A stretch of 64,000 nucleotides of DNA from Acanthaster planci (taxonomy: Eukaryota): positions 3,558,228-3,622,227 of the forward strand of contig NW_019091357.1 in NCBI RefSeq assembly GCF_001949145.1, in the 5' to 3' direction. The notes below the pieces were generated by a model. That model was not told the origin of the DNA. It saw only the letters and a list, made by a program, of their open reading frames with translations, and searched no databases. The position numbers and the translations under genes were made by a program. Within the stretch, counting starts at the first letter, position 1; each line of letters begins with the position of its first letter. Below, piece by piece: positions 27,701-40,802 of this stretch.

Positions 27701-29556
27701 ATAACGAGAATCATAATGGGGCCTGGTGTGATAATAAACTGATCAATAAAGACAAAAGGAGTATTTCCAGTAAACATGTACTTCTTAGAGCCTTTGTGGT
27801 AGCTTTGTCTAACATAACATCGATGACTGCCAGTCCCAAGTATTGAGCAAACTGCAACACCCCCCAAAATTAACATAAAATAGTTCCTGTGTGCTCGAAG
27901 CATGGCATATTGCTTCTGGGTTATAAAAAAGAAAGGGGTGGCACATTACATATTAAACTGCAGTTGAACTCTGGACTGGTTATTGGGGTAGGCAGTAACA
28001 ACCTGCACGCGGAGCCCGATCGAGTTCCACGAGTGTCACTTCTATGCAACAGCAGCAGATGGATGGCCGGCATCCGCTGCGGCCCCAACGGCGCGTGGGG
28101 CAGCCAGCCGCGCGGTCACGCGTTCTTCCCTCCCGACCCAACTATCACGACTGCCCCGTCGCGCTACGCTTTGTAGCGCATCAGTGGGCCTGTATATTAT
28201 TGCCCCTGTCGGGGGCTCAGTGTTAAGAACATGAGCGTTACCGGCAAGGTCGAGCAGACTTCAATGTTGATGCATAAATAATAAGGACAAAATAAGGCAA
28301 GGTGGGGTGGTTTTGGCTCATTTCAATCAAAAGACCTTCAAGCAAACACAGATTCAGGTATAACAACGGTTGGAATGATTTTTCTTTTAGCAAGGCATAT
28401 ACGAATTAAATCTACAAACTGTAGTATAAGTTTTTTAAGCACGCTTAAATGCTTAAATCCGAATAAAGTTTGACCATACGGTCAAAGTTTGCCTTGGTGG
28501 ATGTTAATCTGAGAACTGAATTTGGGTCTTAATTGATGATGTCCTATAAACTCAACACTACAAAGCATTTTACCCTACGAAAATAATTGATGAAATCGAA
28601 ACAAACAAAACTTGACCCAGGACATTTCTTAACCAGAAAACACCTTCATTTGGATTTTCTTAATTGCCATAAGTTCAAGGGAATTATTTAAACTTTTTCT
28701 GTCATAGTAGGTGTTAAAGCTGTGCAACAGGATAAGTCGGCAGATTACACCCCTTGAAGCACTTGTCACATGAATGGCATGCAAAAATTTCAGCGACGTT
28801 CTCCTTCTGTACTGCATTAGAATACCCACAAGTTTAAAGTTCTTTATTCTCAGTTTCCTTCACATGTGTCCATTGTTGAGGCACTGTTAATTTCATCCAA
28901 TGGCACATCATGGTTTTCAAGGATGATTATTCACTGCAAGTTGTGAAACACCAACATCAAAACGAAACATAACACCACGACCGGCACGGTGACATCCAAG
29001 GTCTAAAACCCCACAGTTTCGTATTTCATTAATCTTGTTTAGGCCAGTTGATTTTGCCCGAATAAGAACAATTTGTGGTCGCCCAAACAAACCACGCTGG
29101 CTCATTTGTCACGTGTCGCTATTTACATATAGCCCATCGCGAAATGAACTTTGTACGGTGGAGACAAGTTGTACATGCATTAACTTGGCACCGGCAGACA
29201 ATCTCGCTCCTGTTTTTTCCCACCTCTTCCCCCCTCCCTCTGTCCGTGTCAACGTTGTTCTGTTTGTTCAGTACCGGTAACAACGTCGATTCATAAATTA
29301 CAATGTCAAGCCGTCCCAATGCATACTTTGCTGGACAAAACCATGGTCGATTAATGTGACATACGATAGAGACGAGGTTGTGTGCTAATACATTTTACAA
29401 ACTAAGGCGGGAAAAAATCACCGACCTCCCTTTTATTCACTCTCAACTCTCGTTTCTATGGTCCGAACCGTCAATGACATTTGCATTAAACTCAACGTTT
29501 ATTCGTCAGGCTGCGCTACTCTTTCATACCCTTCCATTACAGTTCGCCGATTGTGC

Positions 29557-29570
29557 GTTGCCATGGCAAC
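29557..29570. promoter_or_regulatory. Perfect palindromic RFX X-box
   Basis: GTTGCCATGGCAAC, the ideal RFX dimer site. Confidence 0.6.
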
Positions 29571-30057
29571 ACCAGGGCGACATAAATGTATTCACATGCA
29601 CTAAAACTAAATTTCATTTTGCTGTTTCGCTATTTTACAATTTCAGACAATACCCTTTGTCAACATTTTGCCTGTTCAAGCAAACAGTGCATGAAAAAGG
29701 CTTGAAGAAGATAAGGTTTCTGCATTATTATCACATCACGTGGTCTACCTCGGCCAATCAGGTGCACTAATTGAGGCTGCACCCATTGTTGAAGCTTGGC
29801 TTAGGCTCGTCCAAGGACAAACTCTGAAATAATGCAGGCGTTTGTTTGCAAGAACAATTTCAGGCCTTGTAACTTCATTATGAAATTTACTCATGCGGTC
29901 AAGGACAAACAGTAAAAACCGTTTGCATTAATTAACAAACAAAGGAAACGAGAGAAAAAATCATCATGTGACTGCCCTTCGTTTTAGATTGCATGTTACA
30001 CAAAAACACTTCAGTTTCACAGTTACAGCGATTAAACTATTTTAAATCCAAATAATC

Positions 30058-30220
30058 CCGGCGATTCACAATAGCGCACTTCCAAGAGTTTGCAATGCGT
30101 TGGCCAATCACAGTGCACCTGTCGACCATTTCCAAATGCGCATTGGGTTGACAGCTTTCGTGCATTGTGATTGGCCAACGCGTTGCAAACTCTTGGAGGC
30201 GCGCTATTGTGAAACACCCG
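30058..30220. mobile_element. Palindromic MITE, family A copy 1
   Basis: Long terminal inverted arms: GCGATTCACAATAGCGCACTTCCAAGAGTTTGCAATGCGTTGGCCAATCACAGTGCAC versus GTGCATTGTGATTGGCCAACGCGTTGCAAACTCTTGGAGGCGCGCTATTGTGAAACAC. TA follows the right end. A second copy lies at 55759-55926. Confidence 0.85.
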
Positions 30221-31491
30221 TATCGATAAATCTTTTGTCTTAAAATGTTAATGTCCCAATAATAACATCTACCAGGTTTGCTAAACAACATGAAACACAG
30301 AACCTGCTTTGTCCCCATGGCATAATGTGAGTCGAGATCGCAATTAACTGTGTTGCTGTTTCTAAGTATTTTGCTTCCAAAAATCCCGATATTCACGAAG
30401 GAATGGCCTAGTGTCCCTAGTGTCAGAGAATTACGTAATCCTCGTCTCTTTAGAACCACATCAAAAACAAAATGTCTCTGATGTACTCCACAGCAAGACA
30501 CGATGGTACTGTAATTAATGGATTAATTCACCGATTAATAATTAGCAAATGTAAATTCGTAAAACGGACAAAAGGGGCGAGAGAATGATTTCTTATTTGT
30601 ATGCATCAGAGTTTGCCCAGCAATACGTGGGTCTACACGGCTTCCAGAATTAAGATTCTCAGCTGTAATTAAACAGTGAAATTAATCACAGAATTGCATA
30701 TTGTGTCTCATTACTCGGTACATATTCATGCAGGGCGGTGGCTCGATACATTCGGCAATCAAAACGAATTAAGAATGAGTAGATTATGGCATGGTGCATT
30801 TTCTGTAGCTGTTGACTATTCACTCAACGAGTCAATGCAAATCATGATTAGGTAATGCTTTTAAATCATTGTTGATCACTGAACGCATCAAAGGCACACC
30901 GTTATAGAAAGCCTCTACATGTGCCAAGTTTTTACGTACATTTCGCGTGATTGGAACAGAGACTCACCCTCTTGAAAAAAAATGTACCGCACAGATACCA
31001 GATTACCTCTCAAGACCTCGTTTAATTGATTGGCATTTGTATTCTCGATATAGTTAGGTGACGACTTTTGACATTTAAAGTTGTATTGATGTTGATTGCT
31101 GTGGTACAGGTATGTTAAAAAGTGTGTTCTATTACTTATCGATATTAACGAACTTTTTTCTACGAGGTCATGGTATTTATGAGCTGTGTGGATGTGTGTG
31201 CTGTCTTTTCCATCCCTAGGTACTTTATGTTGGCGTATGTAAGCTGATATGCAGGAAATCTTACTTTCCATCAGACTGTGAAATGCCAGATGGCATTTCC
31301 GTAATATCACTAAATACGGTTGTGCACTGCCTCACATACCACTATTGTTGGGTTTTGCCGAGTCACTTGCGCATTAGGGTTTCTGGCAACATGGTAATAA
31401 TAAACTTTTACAAAATGGCACGACTTTCGGTGGAGTCGCCTCCCTATCCGCCAAATTAAGCAAACAATCCAAATGCAAAACCATGGACTCG

Positions 31492-31585
31492 AAGAAAGAA
31501 AAGACAGTAAAGAGAAAAGAAGAAGAAAAAAACCAAACCAAACCAACCCATAATAAAAAAAAAGAGTGAAAAAAAAAACAACAAC
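31492..31585. repeat. A-rich low-complexity tract
   Basis: GAA and AAACC runs. Confidence 0.75.
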
Positions 31586-34500
31586 CGGTTTTGACTTCTG
31601 TTCTCGCATATCGCTTTGCTCTGTTGAACTGTGGTGTCCATGAGCGAACTAGAGAGGGCGTCGTGGAGCTCGACGACATGAAATTCGACTTCGTGTACAT
31701 CGGGCGCTACAGACTTCCGTGTCATGAATTTAGCATCAGTATCCCCCAAATTCCGGGAGATTTTCATTTGATTCCGACAGAAAATATTTCAGACTGATTG
31801 TAGAACTTGAGACGAAGCCAAACCTGAGTAAAAAAGAAGACCACAGACTAGTTTAATTGTGACGATTCACACGCGTTGTCCACCTTCCGGGAATCACTTT
31901 ATACGTGTACTAGTCAGGGGAGATGACTAGTTCCCGGTTGCTCGAACACATTCTGAACCTCATGAAGGAAATCGGAAACTTGACAGGATTGACTTCACTG
32001 GCATGTGTGAAAAGCGTTCACACGACTAAAAGAAACTGTAACATTGCGATTGTTTCATGAATCAGCCCAGACTCCGTGCAACTTAATTATACACGAAGTC
32101 ACATGACACCAGGGTGCAGTTGTTTACAAAAACGAAGACACAGCCACTTGGAGTCAACGTTATTAGCGTACTGAAGAAATGTGTTTCTTCTTGAAACAAC
32201 AAACTCCCCATGTGCCCGTTATTTTTAATCAAATGCTTTGAGTACAATAAGCTCTCATGAACCACTGATTAAAATCTGTCCTCATTCCGAGGCACCACAT
32301 ACCTTCAGTGCATTAAAATAACACTTTGATTGAGTTCTTCCAGCGTCGCCGTGCTCTCCAGTAGAATAAGCAAAAACTAATTAATTAAACTCCAGCCCCG
32401 TGGACTAACGCGCCCAATCTATCTCCAGCACTCACTCACTCACACAGTTGCTAAGATTTGGACAACTCGCTCCCGCCGAGATTTGTGCTTCATGTTAACC
32501 CTTGGCTTTCGCGACGGAGTGGGGGCGGTTGGTGGGGATGAAGAGTTCCAAAAACAGTCAGTAATCGTACATGTCAGTTAAAAGTCGGTGAGCCGAATCG
32601 AGGGGCACAGTCGTTGGTCGGAATCTTCCTTTCTCCCCAAATCCGCACGCGTCTTCCACCGCTCCCGCCACCATGAATTTCTTTTCAGTCGGATTACTTC
32701 GACAGGGGAATGGCATCCCGGATTCGTGCCTACAGCCGCGTGCGGCGGGCCGTTTCATTTCTCTTTCATAACACTGGGTCTGAAGGTTGAGATGTCGAGG
32801 TGGACGGTTTAATCTTTTTGTCACATTCGGGCAGAATAATCCTCGGGTTATATGAAAGCGTGCAAGCGGATTAGGCTTTGGGCAAAGAAAACAGAAGAGA
32901 ACTCCTCATTTGCAAATGCCTCTTAAATCACAAAACAGCAACTAAGGACGGTAGATGAAGACACGTCGTTCATGATGGAGCAGCCTTACGCAATAAAAGG
33001 TAGCTGTAATGGATTTTTCGACACAATCGTCGAAATGCATCTTTGCGTCTCACTTAATGTCATGTTCAAGTTTTGTTTCACGATTTGAAACAATGTTTTT
33101 AGCACAACTGTTGTGTCATCTCAGGGCAGAAAACCTCCATGTTGTATCGGTTTACTTTGTGTGCAAAACTCCCGTTTTCTGCTGGTCTAAATTTTCTCCT
33201 CTTTGGTGATCCATGTTGTGTATGTTTATTTTGTAAGCATGCAAGCAATCCTTTCTCAGAAATGTTTTGAATGTGTAAATTCTGGGTTTACAATTTAAAC
33301 GGGAATATATACCCACTGTACCACGTTTTCCCTGGCTGGCATCACAACAACATTGCCCCCCCGTTGTCCAAGAAAGCATGGACGCTTCAAAAGGTTTTAA
33401 AAAGTACACTTTTCATTACATTATCTTTGTAGAGATGTCAAATAGTTTTCACAAGAAGCAGATAAAATTCATAGGAATTGCCTAAGAAAAAATCATCGCC
33501 TCTCAGTACACCTTAAGCTGGTGGTATGGTCTCCGTAGAATTCCATCATATTCTACCCAAAAGAAAGGTTTGCGGTGTTTGCCAATATGATTTCGCTAGT
33601 GCTTTGTCGAGTGTAATCAATAAACGACCGATTTGCTCAAGCACAAGACTTAGTGAGGGGGCTTAATCACTGCCTATTAGCGTTAACACTGTGGCTCCTG
33701 ACATCGATCACATTCAGTAACAGTAACGATGAGACGAACCAGATTTACATATTTGCTTACTTATTCTCGCTTCTGAATTAAAGGACTGCACGGTATTTAC
33801 ATTATACCAAAAAGCTGAAGGCAGACTGGTTTTACTGAAGAGTATCAAGTGGTCTTTATTTTCCAGGTTTAAATTTTTTACACAATGTTACCGCGGAAAT
33901 GAAGGTTCTACTTAAGTTCTTCTTGCTTGCCTTAAGTTTGGACGAGACGGTGGAAAATCATTGTACTTTGCTCGACGAAAATGTAGACACATGGTGCTGT
34001 TGACAAAATAAAACTACTAGGCCAAGGGTCAGATATCACGCTACAGTTATTCTTCAACTTGTTGCATCGTGTCAAGTGATGGGACAGCGGACGTGAAGAG
34101 GAACAGCCGAATTGGAAAAAAACAAAATACGGCACATGCCACAAACAACCCACTCAGCCCGTCTCGCAGAGTCCCAGATCGAGTTGCCGTCTTGACCCGA
34201 ATACCGAGCATTTGCTGGACGGTTTCTATTGCTCTCCTTTCACCGAGTGTGAAATGGTCCACTATTGGATGTCTCCAATAAAAATTCGTTCCGTTGGCTT
34301 TGTTTAAAGCCCGGCAGGCACTTGGCGAGAATTCTCGCTCCCTGATCTGTCTTGTCCGGATTGCAGCGCGTAGGGTCCATGTAATAATGAAGGCAGACCA
34401 TGACTCGACTTTGACCGTACCTCCCAGGCGAATCCAAAGCCACAAATGGGGTTCGCAGCGACCCAAATGGGAACATTTGACCAGGCGTGGACACAGTCCT

Positions 34501-37432
34501 CTGAATTCCAAATCGCCGTTGGTGGCACTGAACGACGTGACTGCCATCACACGTCCCACACAGCATAGGAATCAGCGAGTACAATATATTTACGGACAGT
34601 AGAGGGCGGTGTATGTACATGTACTCCCGTAGGAGCGCATCACATGGAACATTCCAAATAGGCTGTCGAAACAAGGGCGCGGTGCAAAAGAGTTATGCAT
34701 GCATTAGAAAAGGCTTGTAAAAGGATCGACAGTCCCACTTGGAACTATGTGAAGCAGTCTTCATAACGTTGGATCGAAGACTCACAGAATTGAATACGTC
34801 TTTGTTAATATTTGCAAACTTTTATAAAAGTGGGCTTCGTTAGGGGGTCTCCTAATTATGTTTACAACTTCGTCTTTACATTGAGAAACTAGCACATCAT
34901 ATGCGTCTTCAGATTTACGAATTTCTGTGTTCAATTTCAGCCAGAATATCATAAATCTTGATGAGTCTTATGACCGATCCCCCTTCCCGACGAGGACGTC
35001 CAAGGCCACACTGTAAATCAAGGTACGTTTAACCTCTTCTTTACGGTTCTTCCCGAATACCACGTTATGCTCCTAATCAAGCAATTACCGAGGAATCTGA
35101 AAGGGCATTTTGACGGCCACCAGCGATCTAATGTAATGCCTTGAATAAATACATGGAAACCACCAATCACGAGATGAACAAACAGAATCCTGCAATTGAA
35201 GTCCACTTCAATCGACCTCCCGCCAGCCGCCCATCGATATTTTCCGTTGAAGATAAAACCCCCCGCGCACCACTTACTGAGGCAATTTTTCAAACCAAAG
35301 CGCGCTTCTGCTGACGTTGACAGACGAGGCGCGAATATAAATTGGACAAATAAACGTGACAGTCGTGCACTTGATATCTTTCCACCTTAGTCTCAACCTG
35401 TTTGAATTTTAGCCGTAAGCTTCATCCGCTGGGGACTCTTTCTTTCATATGAAGTCTTTGGAGTTGTTGAATTTTTAGCAGGGATAAGCAAACACTATCC
35501 CACGTTTACTTGTCGAATAGGACTAAATATTCAACGGTGTCTAGTGTGTCCTGGGACGATTTAACGTTTGCCCTCAGTTTTTGAGCAAAAGGGCCTCGAC
35601 GCCTTCTTTAGCAGGAATTCTTGGCAGTGTCTTCTTGCCAGTGATCGCCTTGATGGTGTGAAACTGATGAATGTACCGTCTGCCGAGAAGTGTGAATAAA
35701 TGAATACTATCACGTGTGGCGATGAGGTTGGCAAACATTCATCCGCACCACCACTCGACTCAAATTTGTCACGAGTGCGGACACCGCTGGACAGAACTCA
35801 AGGCTTATGCGCATATTTTATCATAATCACCCGTCCTGGGTTCGTTTTGCGCCTGAGCGCACACCCAATACGCAAATAAGAAATTAATACCGGCCACGCG
35901 AGCTGCACTACTAATATGAAGGGAGAAAAAAACACATCCCGAGGAAGGTTTACTTTGAAGTTGCCGAGATAAGCGAGTGAAGACCAAAGAAACTCCGGAG
36001 CCGGCGACATCCGTTTATCGGCTTAGCTTCCAGCAAGGCAATTCCGTGATGGACCGTAATCAGTTTACACCCTACGACCGAATCCTATATGACATCGTAC
36101 AGTCAATATCTTGGGAGCGGGGTGAACAAACAGCACCGGCGGGGCGAATCTCCCTCCCCAGCCCGCCCCAGCTCCCTGCATCGCGTTGGATCAGTTCCAT
36201 ACAAACATGTTGTTTGCCTTCAGCTCGAGACCCAATGCGGGCCTCTTTCTCCTCAAAGCTGATTTAGATCTGGGTCATCTCCCCAACCAAAAAGAGGCAA
36301 AGAACCACAATAGGAAGGACATAACACAGAAACCACTGCAGCACTGCTTGAATCTCAATCCATGCGTTGACGTAGCTCCAACAACTCGACCAAAATTCAA
36401 ATAACGCCTCTCCTATTTCACAGACCGGGATCATTTAATAACTGAGCTCCGAACCCTTTGGCAGTCCTGGAGACGATTTCGAGGCGAGATATTTTTAAAT
36501 TGCATTTACGTGAATGAAGCGCTGCATATTAAGAGGCCCTGGGGGTGGGGTTGTTCCACAACGAACTTGCGCTGCGACACAGCGCCCATCTCCATACCTT
36601 GCATTTGTTTCAGCCATTCCGAGCTTAGCTCAGCCCCGCCCCGTTCTTTCTCTCGTTTTCTTTACATGGCTCGGACTTAAGTGATGCTTTCCACGTTCTG
36701 AGAGAATGTGGAAGTGAAACCTGAGCCACGTGCTCGTTGTTTGCAGCAAATTATTCCTTTCATGGGTGCTCGGTGCTGCATCTAGAATTGCCAGCAGCCA
36801 AACGAATATTGGCGAAGAGTGCTCGCGGTCTCCCTTTCGGTTGTTGTACCGAGTACTCGGACAAAGGAACTGCACTGACACTCCCCTTGCAGCAACATAC
36901 TGTACTCAAAACTTTACTGTCTACCGTAGATAACAGATGAAGTAGATATCACAAAGCCCCATGTATAGCTTCTCCCAATTTTATAGCGCGTGTGACCTTT
37001 AGTACATTGTTCCATTTTGGGCTTTAATAAAATGAAGGAAGATGCATGGTCAAAAACGATAAAACGTTAATAAATATGTTCATGAATCCATAAATGACAC
37101 TAATATCATAGTGCGGGAAAATAGGAAAGATTTATTGTTCAGATGTGATTGGAACAATCGGGGTCCGAGAATGCATACAGTACTCAATATGCGGACATCA
37201 GGCCGGAAGTGCTATCGAATTGATAGCCGTTCTAGCACACAGCTCCCAGCAACCGTCCATTAGTGCTTGGAAAAAACAGCCCTTGAAGAGACAGACCATA
37301 CCGTTGTCTGGATCGACCCGGGAAGCCCCGGGGAGGCCCAGGCCAGAGAAACAAGGATGAGGTATTTGCTGAAGAGTGAGAGAACGAAAGAGAGAATACA
37401 GCTAGGGTAATTCGAGGTTGGCTGAGGGAAAC

Positions 37433-37490
37433 TGACGTCATTAACCAATCTCCCTGGCCCGTTGTCGTTGAATTCTTGTTTTATATATAG
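37433..37490 (+). promoter_or_regulatory. Candidate core promoter (CRE, CCAAT, TATA-like)
   Basis: TGACGTCA 37433-37440, CCAAT 37445-37449 and TATATATAG 37482-37490, in canonical order. Confidence 0.35.
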
Positions 37491-40090
37491 CAGTCATGCC
37501 CCTATCCTTTCTTCCCTATTCCCTGATATGCCACATTTTCAAACCTTTTGAGTTAGATGCTTGTGTGGAGTAATATCATATCTTCATTTGCTAAAAAATC
37601 TCAGCAGCTAGGGTGGCCTGTTTTTTTAAATATAGTGGGCGGTGTTATTCTGACCAAACAGAAAATTCTAAGAAGCAAAATCTTCAACTAGAGTTTTCTC
37701 AGTTTCATGTCTGTGTGGAATATCAGGTTCATGCATGGGGCCACAGAATTGCGTATAGTGTATACAATGAGGATTATGCGTCACTTTTGTTTGTGGGAAG
37801 ATGTGCACAATTTTTAAATCAGCCATGCCATTTCTATGCCCGTCCAGGTATCTATGTCCCACATGGGTTCTCGGGGACCTCTCTCTTAAGCCCTTGCCAT
37901 CATAAAAGATAATCATGTTCATCTGTTTTGTACTTTCTGCTTCCACGCCTTGTCCATACTCGTGCACAAGAACTAACACGATCGTGTCTACCAAGCAGTG
38001 AACAAAAGGGAAATACCAAAACGTGTTGCTTTCATAAATTTTTCCTAATTTTTTAGGCCTTGGGTTTATTATGTATCAGTTCAATTCGATTGGTACAGCA
38101 ATTCAAAAAGCTGCTGAAACAACCTTCAGAGGAACTAATTAGAAAAAAGGACTTTAGGACTTGAACGTTTAATGATGTAGGTACTGTTTACTGTCTACAT
38201 AGCATTGGTTTTGAAGTGGATGAGAGCTCCGATTTTTTTCTCCTCGAATCTCTTACATTTGGTTTTTCCCGAGATCCTTTAGAGTAAAAAACAAACAAAA
38301 AAAAAAAACAAAACCGTCGCGTCTTATTTGAAATTTCACCAACACACATCCCTCAGGAAAAAAGAAAAGATACCTGGCTCCCGAATTCGAACGTTGTTGC
38401 CTCTCAATTTTAATTTATTCGCATTGCGCCTCTCATCACTGTGTCCCACAATTTTCAACCCCCGCATATCCTGCAAGAAAATGAAATTGTCCGGTTTAAT
38501 CCGATCATATTTCTATCTTTCAGGTCCCATTCACGTCCTTGTACCGGTTGCAGCTTCTTGTTAGAAAGTGTCCTCTGGGGCAGAATCTTCTTTATGTGCT
38601 GCTTTGCTTTTCTCTTCTCTCCTCGCCCACTCAGTGGAATGAACTCGGGCTTTGTGTGAAACTCGCCCTCGTTTGCAAACGTATATAGTTGACGCTTTTC
38701 CCCACCCACGCTCTACTTTTGTTAAGAAATTGCCAAAACAGTGAGATTATTACAATTTTGTTGCCTACAAAGCTCTGAATATTGAATCAAAACTATGTAA
38801 TTAATAGCCTACAATCAAAATATCACCAATTTTCATCATCAGACATAAAATTTGAACGTGTAGTTATTCTGAGAGTATAAATGTACGCCTTACTCTCCCA
38901 GTCTGTTTAATTTATTCAGCGAGCACACTGAAAAAATGTGTAATTGCAAGCTATTTTATTTTTTTGTAGACTAAACTAAATCAGGATGCAAAACTACATG
39001 AAACTGATTAGACTAGAGCCGAATTCTCTCCATATGTTCCCGCAACCCGTCCACAAAAATAGATAGAACACGAAAGCTCTTGTGCAGTCGACGACCCGTA
39101 ATTTACATCCGCGCGTGCTCCCAGACTCTCGTTCTTCTAGCCGTCTTCTCCGAAATGTCATCGCGCCCGGCACACAGTCTCTCTTGTCGCTCTCTTAAAG
39201 GTCAACGCCATGGTCTGATTACGTTTCTCGGTTCGGCTGGTTTCCCCTGACAGCCGAAGTGCCTACCTGGATGAACTGCCAGAGCACGGCACCCTCAACC
39301 CCTTTGTGCCATTTTCTGAACATCCCCTCCCCCATAAAAAGATCGAGAACATGAGCCAGTGCGGGTATTAGCATGTTAAAAAAATCAGACCCCCTCAAAA
39401 ATCGAAACAAAGCAAGTATCGGAACCAACACTCAACAAGAACAGCTGTGACAGCGTGTGCATATTACACAGTTTCTTTATTCCTATATTTTAAACCTTTT
39501 TGATATTATTCGATAAATTAAAACAACAACCTCCACACCACCAACACCTCCACCACCACCACCACACAAAAAACCGTTCCCAAGACTTTATTCTAGGTCT
39601 TTACACTGTTGTTGTCTTTTGTAGTTTTCAAAGTCCTCAGTAGAAATGGTTAGTTTCTGCTCACACAGTAACAAAAGACGAAAGAATAGGGGAAACAACA
39701 TAAAATCGTCAATGAAAGAAAAATCTAATTACATAATCAGGTAGACAGTCATGTTCAGATGTCCAGCTCCAGGTCGATACCAGATATGACACAAAGCAGC
39801 ATGTGATTGTTGGAAATAACATTCAGAGGATGAGAGGCTAATATCAAACAAAGTTATTTATAGAAATAATCCGCCCCGATCTGAAGCGCACCCCAAGCGG
39901 CAAAAGAAAGACAGATAGTTATAAGTTTTCCAAGCGGGTTCTTGCACGCGTTCTGCGTGTACATTAAGGAATAAATTAGTTACGCGTACTCAACGTGCTT
40001 CATTATAAACGCGCACTTGTGCAATGAGTGCGGTACCAAATAACAAGTCCTCTTTTGTTGCGCTCGGAACATAATAAATAGGATAGAATG

Positions 40091-40104
40091 CCACAAGAGG
40101 GCAC
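40091..40104 (+). promoter_or_regulatory. CTCF-like motif (best of several)
   Basis: CCACAAGAGGGCAC versus the consensus CCASYAGRKGGCRS. Confidence 0.35.
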
Positions 40105-40772
40105 TGCCTTACTGGGCTCTGTGGGTGTAAAAGGAGAGAAGCTTATTTTAATCAAGCAATGTTCTCCTTGTTTGCGACACAACGCATGCCCCTGCACGTG
40201 AGCATGCGCGAGCATTTTCACATCTGCAGTGTATTCGCGTGGGCGCTGAGCACGCAATGCCGATGGATCTCGATTGGCGTTTCACCATCCCTCTTTGCGT
40301 CCGATGAGGGCGTATTTTGTGCACGTGGTAGACTGTAAATGTGCCCGAAATGACCACACATGGTGCACGTTCTCGTCTGCCATCGTCATTTAAAAAAATC
40401 ACGCGTGGGTTATACCGCCGAGTAATCGAGGCCTACACGGATGGATCAAGTTAAAGCACTTTGGTCCGACTTGTGTGAGTTGAAAGGAGAAGTATTTATT
40501 TTATCGGGGGAGTCGTCTTGTTTTGCGTGCAGCTCAGGGATTAGAGGTGTTTACCTGGAGATGCTGGTCCCGTGTTTGCTCGCGGGATGAGCACTCTACG
40601 CTCTTTGGAGCTGAGAAAAGACAGCGTGCGCAGTAGTTCCACAGATTCGTATATTGACATAGTGATGTACATTTCCGAGGGGGTTTATGAAAAGCAGTGG
40701 TCAAATTACACCGAGACTATACTGCATGCAAATGGCAGTGTTGAATTAGGGTGCAGAAAAAACAAACAAACG

Positions 40773-40802
40773 AAATTTCCTCACCTCAATTTTCCTCACC
40801 TC
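40773..40802. repeat. 15-bp tandem duplication
   Basis: AAATTTCCTCACCTC followed by AATTTTCCTCACCTC. Confidence 0.75.

Noticed and set aside
35622..35640. miR-34-like TGGCAGTGTCTT
   Set aside because: A 12-nt match that then diverges. It forms only a tiny local stem, not a pre-miRNA.
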